Notes under the pieces: generated by a model | The model's input: the letters and a program-made list of their open reading frames with translations, nothing else | Database searches by the model: none | Told to the model about the DNA's origin: nothing | Part shown: piece by piece, positions 53,490 through 64,000 of the stretch | Layout: each line of letters begins with the position of its first letter | Numbering within the stretch: the first letter of the stretch is position 1 | Translations under genes and position numbers: made by a program | Assembly: GCF_008831285.2 (NCBI RefSeq) | Contig: NC_045138.2 | Location: 41,230,001 to 41,294,000 of the forward strand | Reading direction: 5' to 3' | Source of the DNA: Nymphaea colorata | Taxonomy: Eukaryota | DNA length: 64,000 bases

Positions 53490-53841
53490 AGTAACCCATA
53501 GCAAATTAAAGTGAAACGAATCAGGTGTGGAAAAAGGTCTGATTTTTCCCTAGTTTTCCCTGAGAAGAAGTCTTCAAGAAAAAACAAATTCGACAACCAA
53601 TTCTGATAGAATAAGCCGGGAGCCTACACGTTGTGTTCCCAAGCCAACGAATTTAGGGCATGTTTGTCGTGTTTGGGTTCCAGTTTTCAAGTCGGTTCCT
53701 AATCCTTGTTTTTGAAAAAATCCAACATGGCAGCAAACGTGAGAACGAAATCCCGGATTTCATATCCAAAACCGGGATTCCACTAGGTGATGTGTAGTTT
53801 ACTGCATAATTTAGGTAGGCCAATTCGGGCCTATCTGCAAC

Positions 53842-54037
53842 CAGGGGTGGAGCCAAGGTGGGGCCCGCATGGGCCTTGCTCCACTTCAAAAAAATTTGTT
53901 TTAAAAATTTATACGTAAATTTTAAAAAATTTCACTTGTCCTCTATAAAAAATTTGAAACATGATATTTTGATTCCTATCGAAATTTAGAAACTTTAATT
54001 TGGCCCCTCTTATGAAACATTTCTAGCTCTACTCCTA
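53842..54037. mobile_element. hAT-type MITE with perfect 8-bp target-site duplication
   Basis: TIRs CAGGGGTGGAGC / GCTCTACTCCTA; TCTGCAAC is duplicated at 53834-53841 and 54038-54045. A related copy at ~1650-1783 shares 'gtaaattttaaaaaatttca' and ends GGCTCCACCCTTG. Confidence 0.8.
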
Positions 54038-54910
54038 TCTGCAACTACGCCCCATGCCATCGAACAAACCATTGTCCCATTTTCAAGTGCTTAGGGTCCA
54101 GTCATCTTCATGTTTGAAGAACGGGTGAAGTTTTCTCCAACAAAACTTACAGCATGATCAAGGGCTTTAGGAAACCCATAAAAAACTGCCACTCTGGTGA
54201 AAATAGTCGCAGATTCGAACCGACGAAATCAGAAGGAATTGCTTCTGTCCAAGATGCACCAATCAAGGCCCATTTGGACGTATACTCCACCAATAATGAA
54301 CAAAAAGCTTGTCTCTTGTTTGAGTCCTTTCAGTTGCGTGTAGTGTCCAGTTTACATTTTCGTGAAACATGGTAGTGCAATTTTCACCTGGGATAATTTA
54401 TCTCATGGTAACCGAAGAGTTTCAGAAGAGACCAAGCCGGTGTAAAGTTGGTAGTTTTTTGCCCCAACTAAAAGTTTTCCTTTTTAAATGCTGAGGCCTA
54501 TCCAACTTAAAAGCGAAGCATGATGTGTCTCACTTCTTTGCGTGCACATTGGCATAAAGCGACGACTCTAAAAAGAAACACCCAAGTACTCACTTCAGTT
54601 TGTTATTTCCCCAAAGAATGGGATGGGATGGAGGTCTTCTCTGCTTTTGGGGGTTGAAAAGCTGGACTTGCATAATACCAGTTGGTGTGTCACTTCCATT
54701 CCTGCATGTTTCACCTTCAATACTTGGTTCTACCAAAGTCAGAATCCGCTGTAAGCAAGCCAGCCAGTTGAATTCATGGAACTTTACAGTAGAGATGGAT
54801 CTCTGGTTCAAATTTGATGGAAAGTTCCAGTTGGAGATGAACTTCGAACTTTAGTGCAGAGAGTTTTGGAGCTATTTTGAAACTTTAGTATCCGGGTTAA
54901 AGTTCCACGG

Positions 54911-55269
54911 TAATCACAGAAAACGTGTTTTTTTTCTTAAAAAACGTGAAAAATGCAATAAATTAAATGGTCGTTTAAAACTTAAAAAAACATGTTTTCT
55001 TGAAAAAAACATTAAAACGCTTTTTTTAGTGTGTTTTAACTTTTTTTTAACTTTTTTCAAATTTTTAATGCCAAACAGTTTTTTATTTTTTATTTGTTGC
55101 AAATCTAGTTATCTTTTGATGTTTGTGTTATCAGTTTCTTACTTATTTTATTTTTCTCTATTTTTAGTTTTTTAAAATTTACTGTATTTTTTTAGTTTTT
55201 TTCAAGTTTGTTGTATTATACCAGAGAAAAATCTCGCCGTTTAAAACTTCAAGACGTTATCTCTGACTA
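54911..55269. mobile_element. MITE (family A), second copy
   Basis: TAATCACAG ... GACGTTATCTCTGACTA; collinear with 18729-19105. Confidence 0.75.
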
Positions 55270-55499
55270 TGGTACTTCCACCTACACAGGTGGAACTATA
55301 ATGCTGCGGAAAACTTTTTTTGCCTGTGAACTTCTCAATGCCAAGAACAAAAGTTCTATGAAATCAAACAAATGGTATAAATGGAAGGTAGAACAAAAAA
55401 TTCCCCAAAAAAATGCCTGGTACGAAATTCCCAGCAGTTTTAAGCAAGCCCAGGTATTTAGTTCCACTTATTCAAACACTACCTCAATAAAAAAAAAAA

Positions 55500-56400
55500 G
55501 GACTATTTTGACAAGAATACCATCCACAAGGCTATAGGATTGGATTCATGACCTTGAAGTTAAAACTATATGGCCTCTAAATTTTGGTAGATCAGCCTGA
55601 TTCCTTAAGTAGAATTTGCCAAACAAAAATCTGCCCACCTTTCGAAATGGTATGCAGCTAACACCTTCAAGAGATAAGAACTTCAAGGTCATAAGAGAAT
55701 TGGATCCCTGCCGCAACTTCTTGGCACAGCATCAAAGGGTTCTACCCAACTTCAACTTGCCATATAACAAGAAGAAGAAGAAGAAGAAGATCAATGAAAC
55801 TCTTGCCGGTGGAATGTTTAAAATGCTTACAGGCATGTGTTAATCAAAAATCATGTTTTATGACTAATGAGAGTTACTACAACAAATTTATCGAGCTAGA
55901 ACACGAGTTATCATAATTCCGGCTTTAACTAGACCAGGCAAGGCTTAGCTTAACCAAGCTCAGATCATGGCGAGGGTTAAACTCGAAGATCCGTCTTACA
56001 AAAAGGAATGTGGACCCTCTGGAAAGCAACACCCTTTCTGCAGGATACAGGAACACGAAAAGAAGCTCAGTAAAAGGAAAAAGACGATGATAGCTATGAA
56101 GCCTTTCTGTCACAAAAGTAAAAGCGATAGCAGTGTCCTCTTGTGCTGCTGACTGTAAATTTTTAAGCTTAGAAAGCCATGTAGCTAACACTAGTTTTCC
56201 GATGGTCATCGGGCCCGGTAGCCATCTATCTGCTCGGGCACAAGCAATTGGGAATTTACACAATTAAGTCCCAGCCTGGGATCCTGCAGACTAACAATTC
56301 CATCTGTGGTTCTGTTATGAAAGTAATAAGCCAAGTCATGTCCGAGTGAGTGGGAAAACCCGGCCGAAGCCTTTACCGAACCCTTGACCCACCAAAGGTA
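55500..56400 (-). mobile_element. Possible LINE reverse-transcriptase relic
   Basis: Minus-strand 'KKLRQG' followed, after a frameshift, by 'DPI' (~55700-55720) resembles the LINE RT motif GLRQGDPLS. The surrounding frames are broken. Confidence 0.3.
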
Positions 56401-56460
56401 GGGGACCTTCTTTTGATGCATTGAGAAGCTGCCTCCATTGTGCTTTAACTTGCTGATCTC

Positions 56461-56950
56461 TTTTGCAGTACATAGAATTAATGCTCTGAGAATTCAAAAC
56501 AGATAAAAACTACCTACCAACCTTACTAGATTTGTTTTTGCAGCACAGAGAATTAATGTCATGCGAATTCAAAACAGATAGATACAAACTGTCTACCAAC
56601 CTCACTCCATTAGTTGCATCAATCTCTTTAGGGACTATAAGTAGTCATGTCAACTTTTATAATGAATATATTACAAAGCAAAATAGTTGGATTCGAGATT
56701 GTTAAAATCAGTCCTTGAATCCAGTGACATTTCGAACCAATTGTAGCAATTCGCCGAAGATCCTCATCAAAATTATTTTTCAATCGGTAAATATTACGCC
56801 TGTCATCTAATTAAAATATTAAAGGCAAAAGAAATACAAAAAATGAATAAAAGATTAAAAATGTCATTTTCAATCGATAAATATTACTCCTGTTACCTAA
56901 TTAAAATATCAAAGGCAAAAAGAAATACAAAAATGAATAAAAGACTAAAA
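56461..56950. repeat. Two adjacent local tandem duplications (~70 bp x2 and ~90 bp x2)
   Basis: 'tttttgcag.aca.agaattaatg...gaattcaaaacagata...ctaccaacct.act' at ~56461 and ~56536; 'ttttcaatcg.taaatattac.cctgt...ctaattaaaatat.aaaggcaaaa...aatgaataaaaga.taaaa' at ~56777 and ~56867. Confidence 0.85.
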
Positions 56951-58639
56951 GCATCAAAAAAAAAAAAACCAAAGAAACATGTTGCCCTTGAATCGGGAGT
57001 GTAACGGATCGGTTGCTGCCGATTCAGCCCAACCTTGATAACACTGGTTTGATGGCTTTGATGTCCTTGATCCACGATTGGCCAATATAAATTTTGCTAC
57101 TTCTCACTTCATTGATTTTTTTTAATTTAGATACACGTTTTTGCTTTTCACATATGAAAAACAGAAAACAAGCCAATTCACCCCGATTCTCTGCATCATT
57201 TTGTAAAGCAAGTCGATTCCATTACAGATATGGACAAAAATGGTTCAAACATCAAATCCTTACGTGCAACTTTTTTCTTAAAGATGGACAACCACGACCT
57301 TATTTCAGTCTACTTAGAGCAGAAAATATGTTTGTTCAACTTCAGATAGTATGAATAAGCCAGTTTGAGTTCGGTCTGGCTCCAAGCTTCAAGTGAGCTT
57401 GGCCCACCATCAACAATCGGAGCTTGAACACCCACCGCCTGGTTTCCCCAGCTCCTGCTGTTCAATCCAACAAAAGTTGTCTTCTTATGTGAGCAGACCA
57501 TGTGCTGCATTCATAATTGTCGCATAGATGCAATAATGGGGCCCTAAACGATCACGAGTCACGACTCTTCTTCTTATGACACGTGAAGTTTCTCCTGGTC
57601 AAGGACTTAACCGTGCAAAGGATTGGCATAGCCTCTAAGAAACCGACAAAGTCACATGAACAAATCATAACTTAGGACCCACGGCCGAACAGGGAAAGAA
57701 AGGAAAAGTACCTACTAAATATGAAAAAAGGACTACCATCAGGACCATAACTCTCTCTCTCTCTCAGTCTCTCTCTCTCTCTCGCGTGGAGTATGGATAA
57801 ATACTACTGACACAACAGTTGATTTAGAATCATAATACTAGAGTTGCTATGCACTACAATAGTCAACCAAGTTGTTATTGTTGTCGTTGTTGCTGTCCCC
57901 TCTTTCTTCCTTTTTTTTTCTTTGAGAGGAACTTGGAGCCCGCCAAAATACCGAGACAGTGCTCAAAAGTCGAGCTACTCCACGCGGGAACAAACATAGT
58001 TGATATCAAGATTTGGCCAACAATGCTATAAGAACGACTGCAGACACAAACTGGCCGACTTCAATATTCTTGATCTAGCTTGACTGGATAATAATGCACA
58101 AGCACATACACATGGACTCAATAAGATAAGATGGAAGCATATATGACCAACAACGTTAAGTGAATTCCTTTCCTCAAATACTCGACTGTACAGACCGGAA
58201 AATGATGAGAGGAACAAAATCTAAGAACCATTTTAGCTATTTCCCTGGTGAACGCTGGTGAATGATAATTGAAATGCTAATGTAAAAAAGGAACAGAAAG
58301 GCACTGCAGTAAATAAATGCAAGATGCTTATATTGGTACCGATAAAAAAAAAAGGACTACCAGGTTAAAACATCAATGTCTTGTTGTTACTCCGTGCCTT
58401 TTTTTCCTTGTTGGTTATGGCAGCATTGAATTTCAACCAATCTACATGTCCTATTTCCTGCTTCCTACGGGTAAAGAAGCACATCCATAAATAGGTATAA
58501 GCAAAAAACACAGGTGAGCAGTGTTCAATAAAGTATCACCTTTCCCATAGATTATAAACAGACTACTTGCCAATTGCCAGGTACAAGGCCAAAAAGATTT
58601 GAAAGATTTATTTGAACTCTATATTCCGTACAATACTTT

Positions 58640-59707
58640 TCAATCCTTATGCTTTTCCTTGGGGACGTCTTTTTCAGGTATTGACCTTTCCAGTTCTTTA
58701 GGCTTCACTTTTTCAGCTGCCCTGAGAAATGCAATTCAAGATCACTAGTGTCAGTTGAACCTTTCTCAAATTCATTATCATTAAATCCAGAAGACAAACT
58801 GCTTATCACTGAAGCTTCAAAGCCAGTTAGGAACATAAAAACGATGTATTGCAAGTCATTAAATGAAAAGGTGACAAAAGGCATTTAAAAAATATAATAC
58901 AATCATATTCGTAGACATTTCACACCAATTTGCCATCATTGCTTAACACACCAAGCATATGCATAACATTGCCCATGCAAGGAATCCTTTTCTGTGTAGA
59001 ACTCCTTGGATCTCTAACACCCCCTCAGCTAGCACAACAGACTAAGAAAGACCAACAGTAAAGATGCATATGCAAGGTCCTAAACCACCACATGCCGCTA
59101 TACTCAACAAGAGGCCCTCCAGTGGCCCCTGAAGGATGGCTTTCATTCAGAATAAGCTTTAGATATTTCTTCCCATTTTCAGTAGCTCTTTCTGCAGACA
59201 AGTATCCCTTCCTAAGTTACACCTCTTTGGCGTTGAACCCATCTCAGAGAAGCAAAAGTAAGGTATCAAGTCAAATACAATCAGGCTACACAGATTCAAT
59301 TAACTTTGCAGAAGTGGGAAAGAACCTAAATTTGACCTGGAATCACAACTTTCTTACACCAACACCATTGTTAATTGTTATGTGATTGGCAGAAAGTAAT
59401 AAACGACCTTTACCATAAACAGATTAATCAATCTAATATGATTCACCTTCCTTTAAGTTTCAAGTTCCCAGCAGAGAGACCCAATGAATTAACAGAAAAA
59501 GGTGAGATATTTAGAATCACAAGGAAATCATTGCAAGAGAAAGAAATCCAATTACTTGGAAGCGGCAGAAGATTCTTCCTCCAACCACTGCCGAATGTGC
59601 CGAACGTTACGCCTGAATATGGAAGCCGATTGTTTCACATCGCTCCTAAGGAGGAGAATGACGGCACTTACACCAGCCACTGTGAGGATGAAGTTCGATA
59701 GTGCCAT
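58640..59707 (-). CDS. Small uncharacterised membrane protein, 77 aa
   Basis: Exons 59707-59556 and 58721-58640 (234 nt, GT-AG) give MALSNFILTVAGVSAVILLLRSDVKQSASIFRRNVRHIRQWLEEESSAASKAAEKVKPKELERSIPEKDVPKEKHKD*. A probable 5'-UTR exon at ~62791-62940 is joined by a ~3 kb intron (donor GTATGC at 62790, acceptor CAG at 59738-59740). Confidence 0.82.
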
Positions 59708-61914
59708 TGACAAATTCCAGGTTTCAACAATGATCACCTGCACCAAAAGTCTAAAAACATCAGAAAAAGAAACCACTGGAAGATTCTCTTCCTTCCTAAC
59801 ATGTAACATTAAAGGCAACTTCACATAGAGTGGTAGAACAGCTACCAAAGATGATAATATATGCTGGAACTCATAAACCCTAAAACCATATTTGTCTTAT
59901 AACGTAGAACCTTAACACAAAGTAGGTTAAAACTTGTGAAATGGGAAACGGAGGCAACGCAAATAAACGAATTTAACCCAACTTCGTAGAGAGAGAACTC
60001 TAATTAAATGTTCTGTAACCATCAAAATGAGTATGGATTCCTTGTGCTTGGACAAACATGAAACTCCAAAGAACCTAGGAAAAAGGATAGCACAAAATCC
60101 TTAGCTACCAAAATCACAGTAGTGAAGATGATGCAAGGGACTACCTGTAATCGTCCTCACTCCTCAGATAGGAGTCTCTCTCTCTCTTGGTTGATTGAAG
60201 ACGATAGCAATATGTTGAAGTACTTCTCAGTTGGACATCATGGACTTTGAATAGAAAGTACTGTCACAGATCCAGAGAAGGGGAACTTTACTTTTTGGAA
60301 CCCACCTTATGGCCATAATCTCAATAACGAGCCTCACTTTTTCTTTTTAAATTTTGCTAATGTGAATGTTACTTTTAAATTTTTACTGACAACCTAAAAT
60401 ATTTTAAGTTAATTTTAAATCCAAGACATCATTTACAACACCGATAAAAAAGTACTTAAGGGGTAAGACCATGATTTCATCAAAAGTTTAACACTTTTTT
60501 ATGCTTTATAGTTCAAAAGTGGCTTCTTGTTAAACATTTTGGGACTCAGGCAGTAAAATGAAATGTATAAAAACGTCAGCACCTTGTTGTTATATCGGTG
60601 TTACTCAGGAGTTCAATGTAATTTTTTCGTCAAAAGAAAAAAAAAGGAAGGGAAGTGAAGTAGCACAAGTCGAAAACCCTCCCTGTTTCCCTGTCTAGTA
60701 ATCTCCCACTCTCTCTCCATATCTATCTCTCGCTAGAAAACTACACCTGTCTCCTCCATTTTCTCATCCGCAAGGATCGTCATTCTTTCTCTCTCTCCAT
60801 ACCTTTTTCATTTCATACCCTTCCAAAGGACCTTCAATGAACTTTCTATGTGTGTTTCTATCCATAAGATTAATACTCCGAAGGCAGAACATGAAAGAGC
60901 CACGTGGGTTTAGTCCTGCTTAGAATAAGAGTTGTTCGCATGGCTGAGTTGGAATACCTATCAGTTGCATTCTGGAGCAGATGAGAATCTTGTAATTGAG
61001 GAACCAAGAATGCCTTGTTCAGAGAATTAGGTTTTAGATATTCTCTTTAGCAGATGCGAGACTATCAAAGTCAATAGGGAAAGCAGAACAACGTTCAGCC
61101 TTAACAAAGAGAAGAATACATGAGAAAGGGTATGAACAAAGACTTATCCTCGTCTTTGCGATCAATATGAGAGTGTTTTTTTTTTTAATTACAGATGTTG
61201 GTTTATCAGAAGCATGTCTTTGCAATTCTATCGGCAACTATTCATTAACATGATGCCACACGGATCATAGACATCAACAACAAGTTTGTCGGAATACATG
61301 AACTATGCTTCTAGCCTTAGAGCAAACTGTATTTGGCTAGCCGAAAGACCAACCGTCTAGAAATTGACCTACTACCATCAAGATGACAACCCTCTAAAAA
61401 AGTAAGATACTTGTTACCAAAGGATTGCTCCTAGAATCGGTACCTCCTAAAAGAGATTTTGTCTCTCATGGATTTGATGTTATTTGATAGAGGTGGTTCG
61501 CTTGCAATAGGGATCAGGAAGCCAGGCACAATGGAAATGGACCCATGCCATTTCGCGAAAGGCGAGGCCATCCCCCTCTTGCCCGCTTTTGGGTTCAGGA
61601 CTGCCTTGACACCTAGGTAGTTCGCGACTCTGTAGTACACTGTTCAACTCAACTGTCATGCAACTACCATTTGTAGTGCATAAGAGTAACACCTACGAAA
61701 ATCAAATTGAAGACGCATCATCAGTGCGACCCTAACCCAACCAACTATGCTATGCCCCTTTCAAAATAGACCTATGAAATTTAGACCTATCTACAATTGA
61801 TGGCTTATCAGGCAAGGCAATAGGAATGGGATATTTCTTAGGCCCTTCAGGAAGAGTAGCACTCCCATCTGCAAGAAAGAAGTCTCTAGAGCCAAGCAAT
61901 AAGAAGCTAAAACG

Positions 61915-62130
61915 AGGGCTGCATCGAGCTAGCTTGAGTTCGACTAGACTGAAAAAACTCAAGCTCGAGCTCAGCTTGAATTCAAGTCAAGCTCCCTATA
62001 ACAGGATCTAGCTCGATGCAAGATTCGACTATACAGCATTGAGCTCAAGCTCGACACACTTATGGATTCTCTCATTTTTGTTTTTAATAACTCTTTAACT
62101 AGTCAACTCGTTTAACTCAACTCGCTTAAG
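61915..62130. mobile_element. hAT-like non-autonomous element fragment with repeated CTCGAG/AGCTCG motifs
   Basis: Starts AGGGCTGCA and is dense in subterminal 'agctcga/aactcg' repeats. Confidence 0.45.
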
Positions 62131-63774
62131 TAATTCAACTATGATTCTATCAGATTTTGATCAAGGTTGCTTTACTATATTCATCAACCAACTCATATAC
62201 CGCCACAAAATATTAGCAACGAGCAATAGATATTTTAGCATTTCCATCTTTGACAAAATTGAAGAAGCTTGAAAAATACACTGAATATTCGTTTTAGTGT
62301 CGTAAATTAAATGAGCAGAAGACCTAAAACTTTCCACTTAATCACAAAGCTGCACATCAATAAGCACGAAATATACCGTACAACGATGAAAACCAGGGGG
62401 TTCAACGGGTAAAATTGATAATTGTTACCACAATAATTCACCTAACAAAGAACAGATTACATAAAGTTCAAAAAAATAATTTCAGCCTCACTGGTTTGCA
62501 TCGATTTATATTGTAATCCAATCAAGGCTATTACACACGCCAGAAGGAGAACAAAAAAGAAGCAAAATGCAAACAAGATCGGGTAGAAGTTCAGAAATTG
62601 AACGAATGTGACAAGAAAGAGAGAGGGGGGGGTGGTTGAAACGGCAAATGAGAGCAAAAGGCTGAGGTATACTGGCGGGAGGCGGAAGGCGTTGCCGCGT
62701 TGGGTCCGTCCGAAAACCGGCAGAGGGCTCTGAGTGAGAGAAAGGAGATGGTTGGGGTTGGGGGAGAGAGAGAGAGACAAAGAGGCATACGTACTGGAAG
62801 TCCGGAGGATCCCTGGAAGCAGCAAGGAAGACAGATAGTGGCCGGACGCCGGCGGCTGGACGGTGGTGGTCGTGGCTTGACTCGGTGTGGGTGGTCGACG
62901 GAAGAGAGACAGAGGTCGAACAAAAGGGCGAAAGGGTGGACACTGAGCAGTAAAACAGAAGAATAAAATTACAAATCCACGCTCAAGTTTTGTTCCAATA
63001 ACAAATTCACTCTTAAATTTTGGTGGTCAACAAAAGGACCCGCAATTGTTATCGATGTTCTCAAAGAACCGCTCTTTCTTTAAAAGTATTTAAATGATAA
63101 GAACTCTAAATAAATTTTCTTTAAAAAAAAAAATTAAAAGGAAAGGGAAACAGCCGCCCAACTCAGCCGTGGTGAGAAGAACTTTTCATCGTAACTGGTA
63201 TTTGTGATTCGAAAAACTGGTTTTATGTTGTCGAGTTTAAATGAGTCGAGTTCTCAACTCTTTTAAGCCAGCATTAATGTTATCTCTTGCTTGTTGGCAC
63301 ACATGCTTGAACAAATGTGCATGAGAAAGTGTCCACCGCAATTTGTAGTTCAAGTTTTGGCGTTGCACTACAGCTTGGTCGGTGAGAAATTCAGACATAA
63401 AATCTTGTATTTAGGCATTTTGATGTTGATTTCATTATTGTTTGTTGCATCAGACATAAAAGTTGTTGTAGTGGATGAATTTACTGATTTTTAATAATTT
63501 TCAATTATTTTGGTAGCTTATGCTTGTTTGGATTTTTCATGATTTTTTTAACAAATAAAGAGAATATATATTTGTCACAGCCTATACATGTTGTGTCTTG
63601 GCAGGCTGATGTGCATGTATACCAACTGCACAAATCTCCAGTTAAACAGATGACTTAGGTCCCCATGCAGTCATAGACCCCTACAAGGGAGAGGGAGAAG
63701 GATGGTCTCACCTCTCGCAAAGCACCACAAGTCGCTGTACGTCTAATTCCGGCGTGAGTTGCATGAAGGAATGA

Positions 63775-64000
63775 CATCATCTCCACGAGAGACACAATCT
63801 CTCATACCCTACCATTGTCTCATACTTCTATCATTATCTCATCGCTCTGTCATTCTCATTGTCTGTCTTTATCTCATGCCCCTCTATCATTATCTTAGAC
63901 GCTATAGGTATGAAACAATAACATAGGTATGAGATAATGATAGGGGTATAAGATAATATACATGAGATAACAATAAATGTATAAGATAATGACAGACATA
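63775..64000. repeat. Inverted array of short motifs (probable foldback/hAT-type MITE), may continue beyond the window
   Basis: The left half repeats 'tctcatac' and 'tatcattatct'; the right half repeats the complements 'gtatgaga' and 'agataatgata'. The symmetry centre is near 63900. Confidence 0.6.

Noticed and set aside
54195..54240. GGTTCGAATC B-box on the minus strand, a possible tRNA
   Set aside because: No acceptor stem, D-arm or anticodon arm could be formed.
62457..62966. Cluster of 88-145 aa ORFs in a GC/CT-rich region
   Set aside because: Consistent with the promoter, 5'-UTR exon and intron start of the 77-aa gene; the translations are low complexity.
1..64000. CRISPR arrays, rRNA genes, conserved miRNA hairpins or prokaryotic operons
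   Set aside because: None was seen by eye. The window is eukaryotic intron-containing DNA, and the repeats present are MITEs, LTRs or simple repeats.

Overview
This is AT-rich flowering-plant nuclear DNA with spliceosomal introns. Seven protein-coding genes could be assembled by hand from GT-AG boundaries. They are a TIGR01589/A_thal_3526 plant-specific protein (+), ROMO1/MGR2 (-), condensin I subunit CAP-D2 (-), VPS11 (-), an ArfGAP-C2 protein of the AGD11-13/ZAC type (+), an intronless glutaredoxin-like protein with a Cys-rich C-terminus (-) and a 77-aa single-pass membrane protein of unknown function (-). Introns and spacers hold a decayed Copia LTR element, several hAT-type MITEs, LINE remnants, tandem duplications and microsatellites. 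The most unusual signal is a 78-nt segment (32781-32858, - strand) resembling the 5' half of the minor-spliceosome U4atac snRNA. It is flanked by an 18/20-identical direct repeat and is most likely a 3'-truncated snRNA retrocopy. All family assignments come from motif recognition by eye; no database searches were run.
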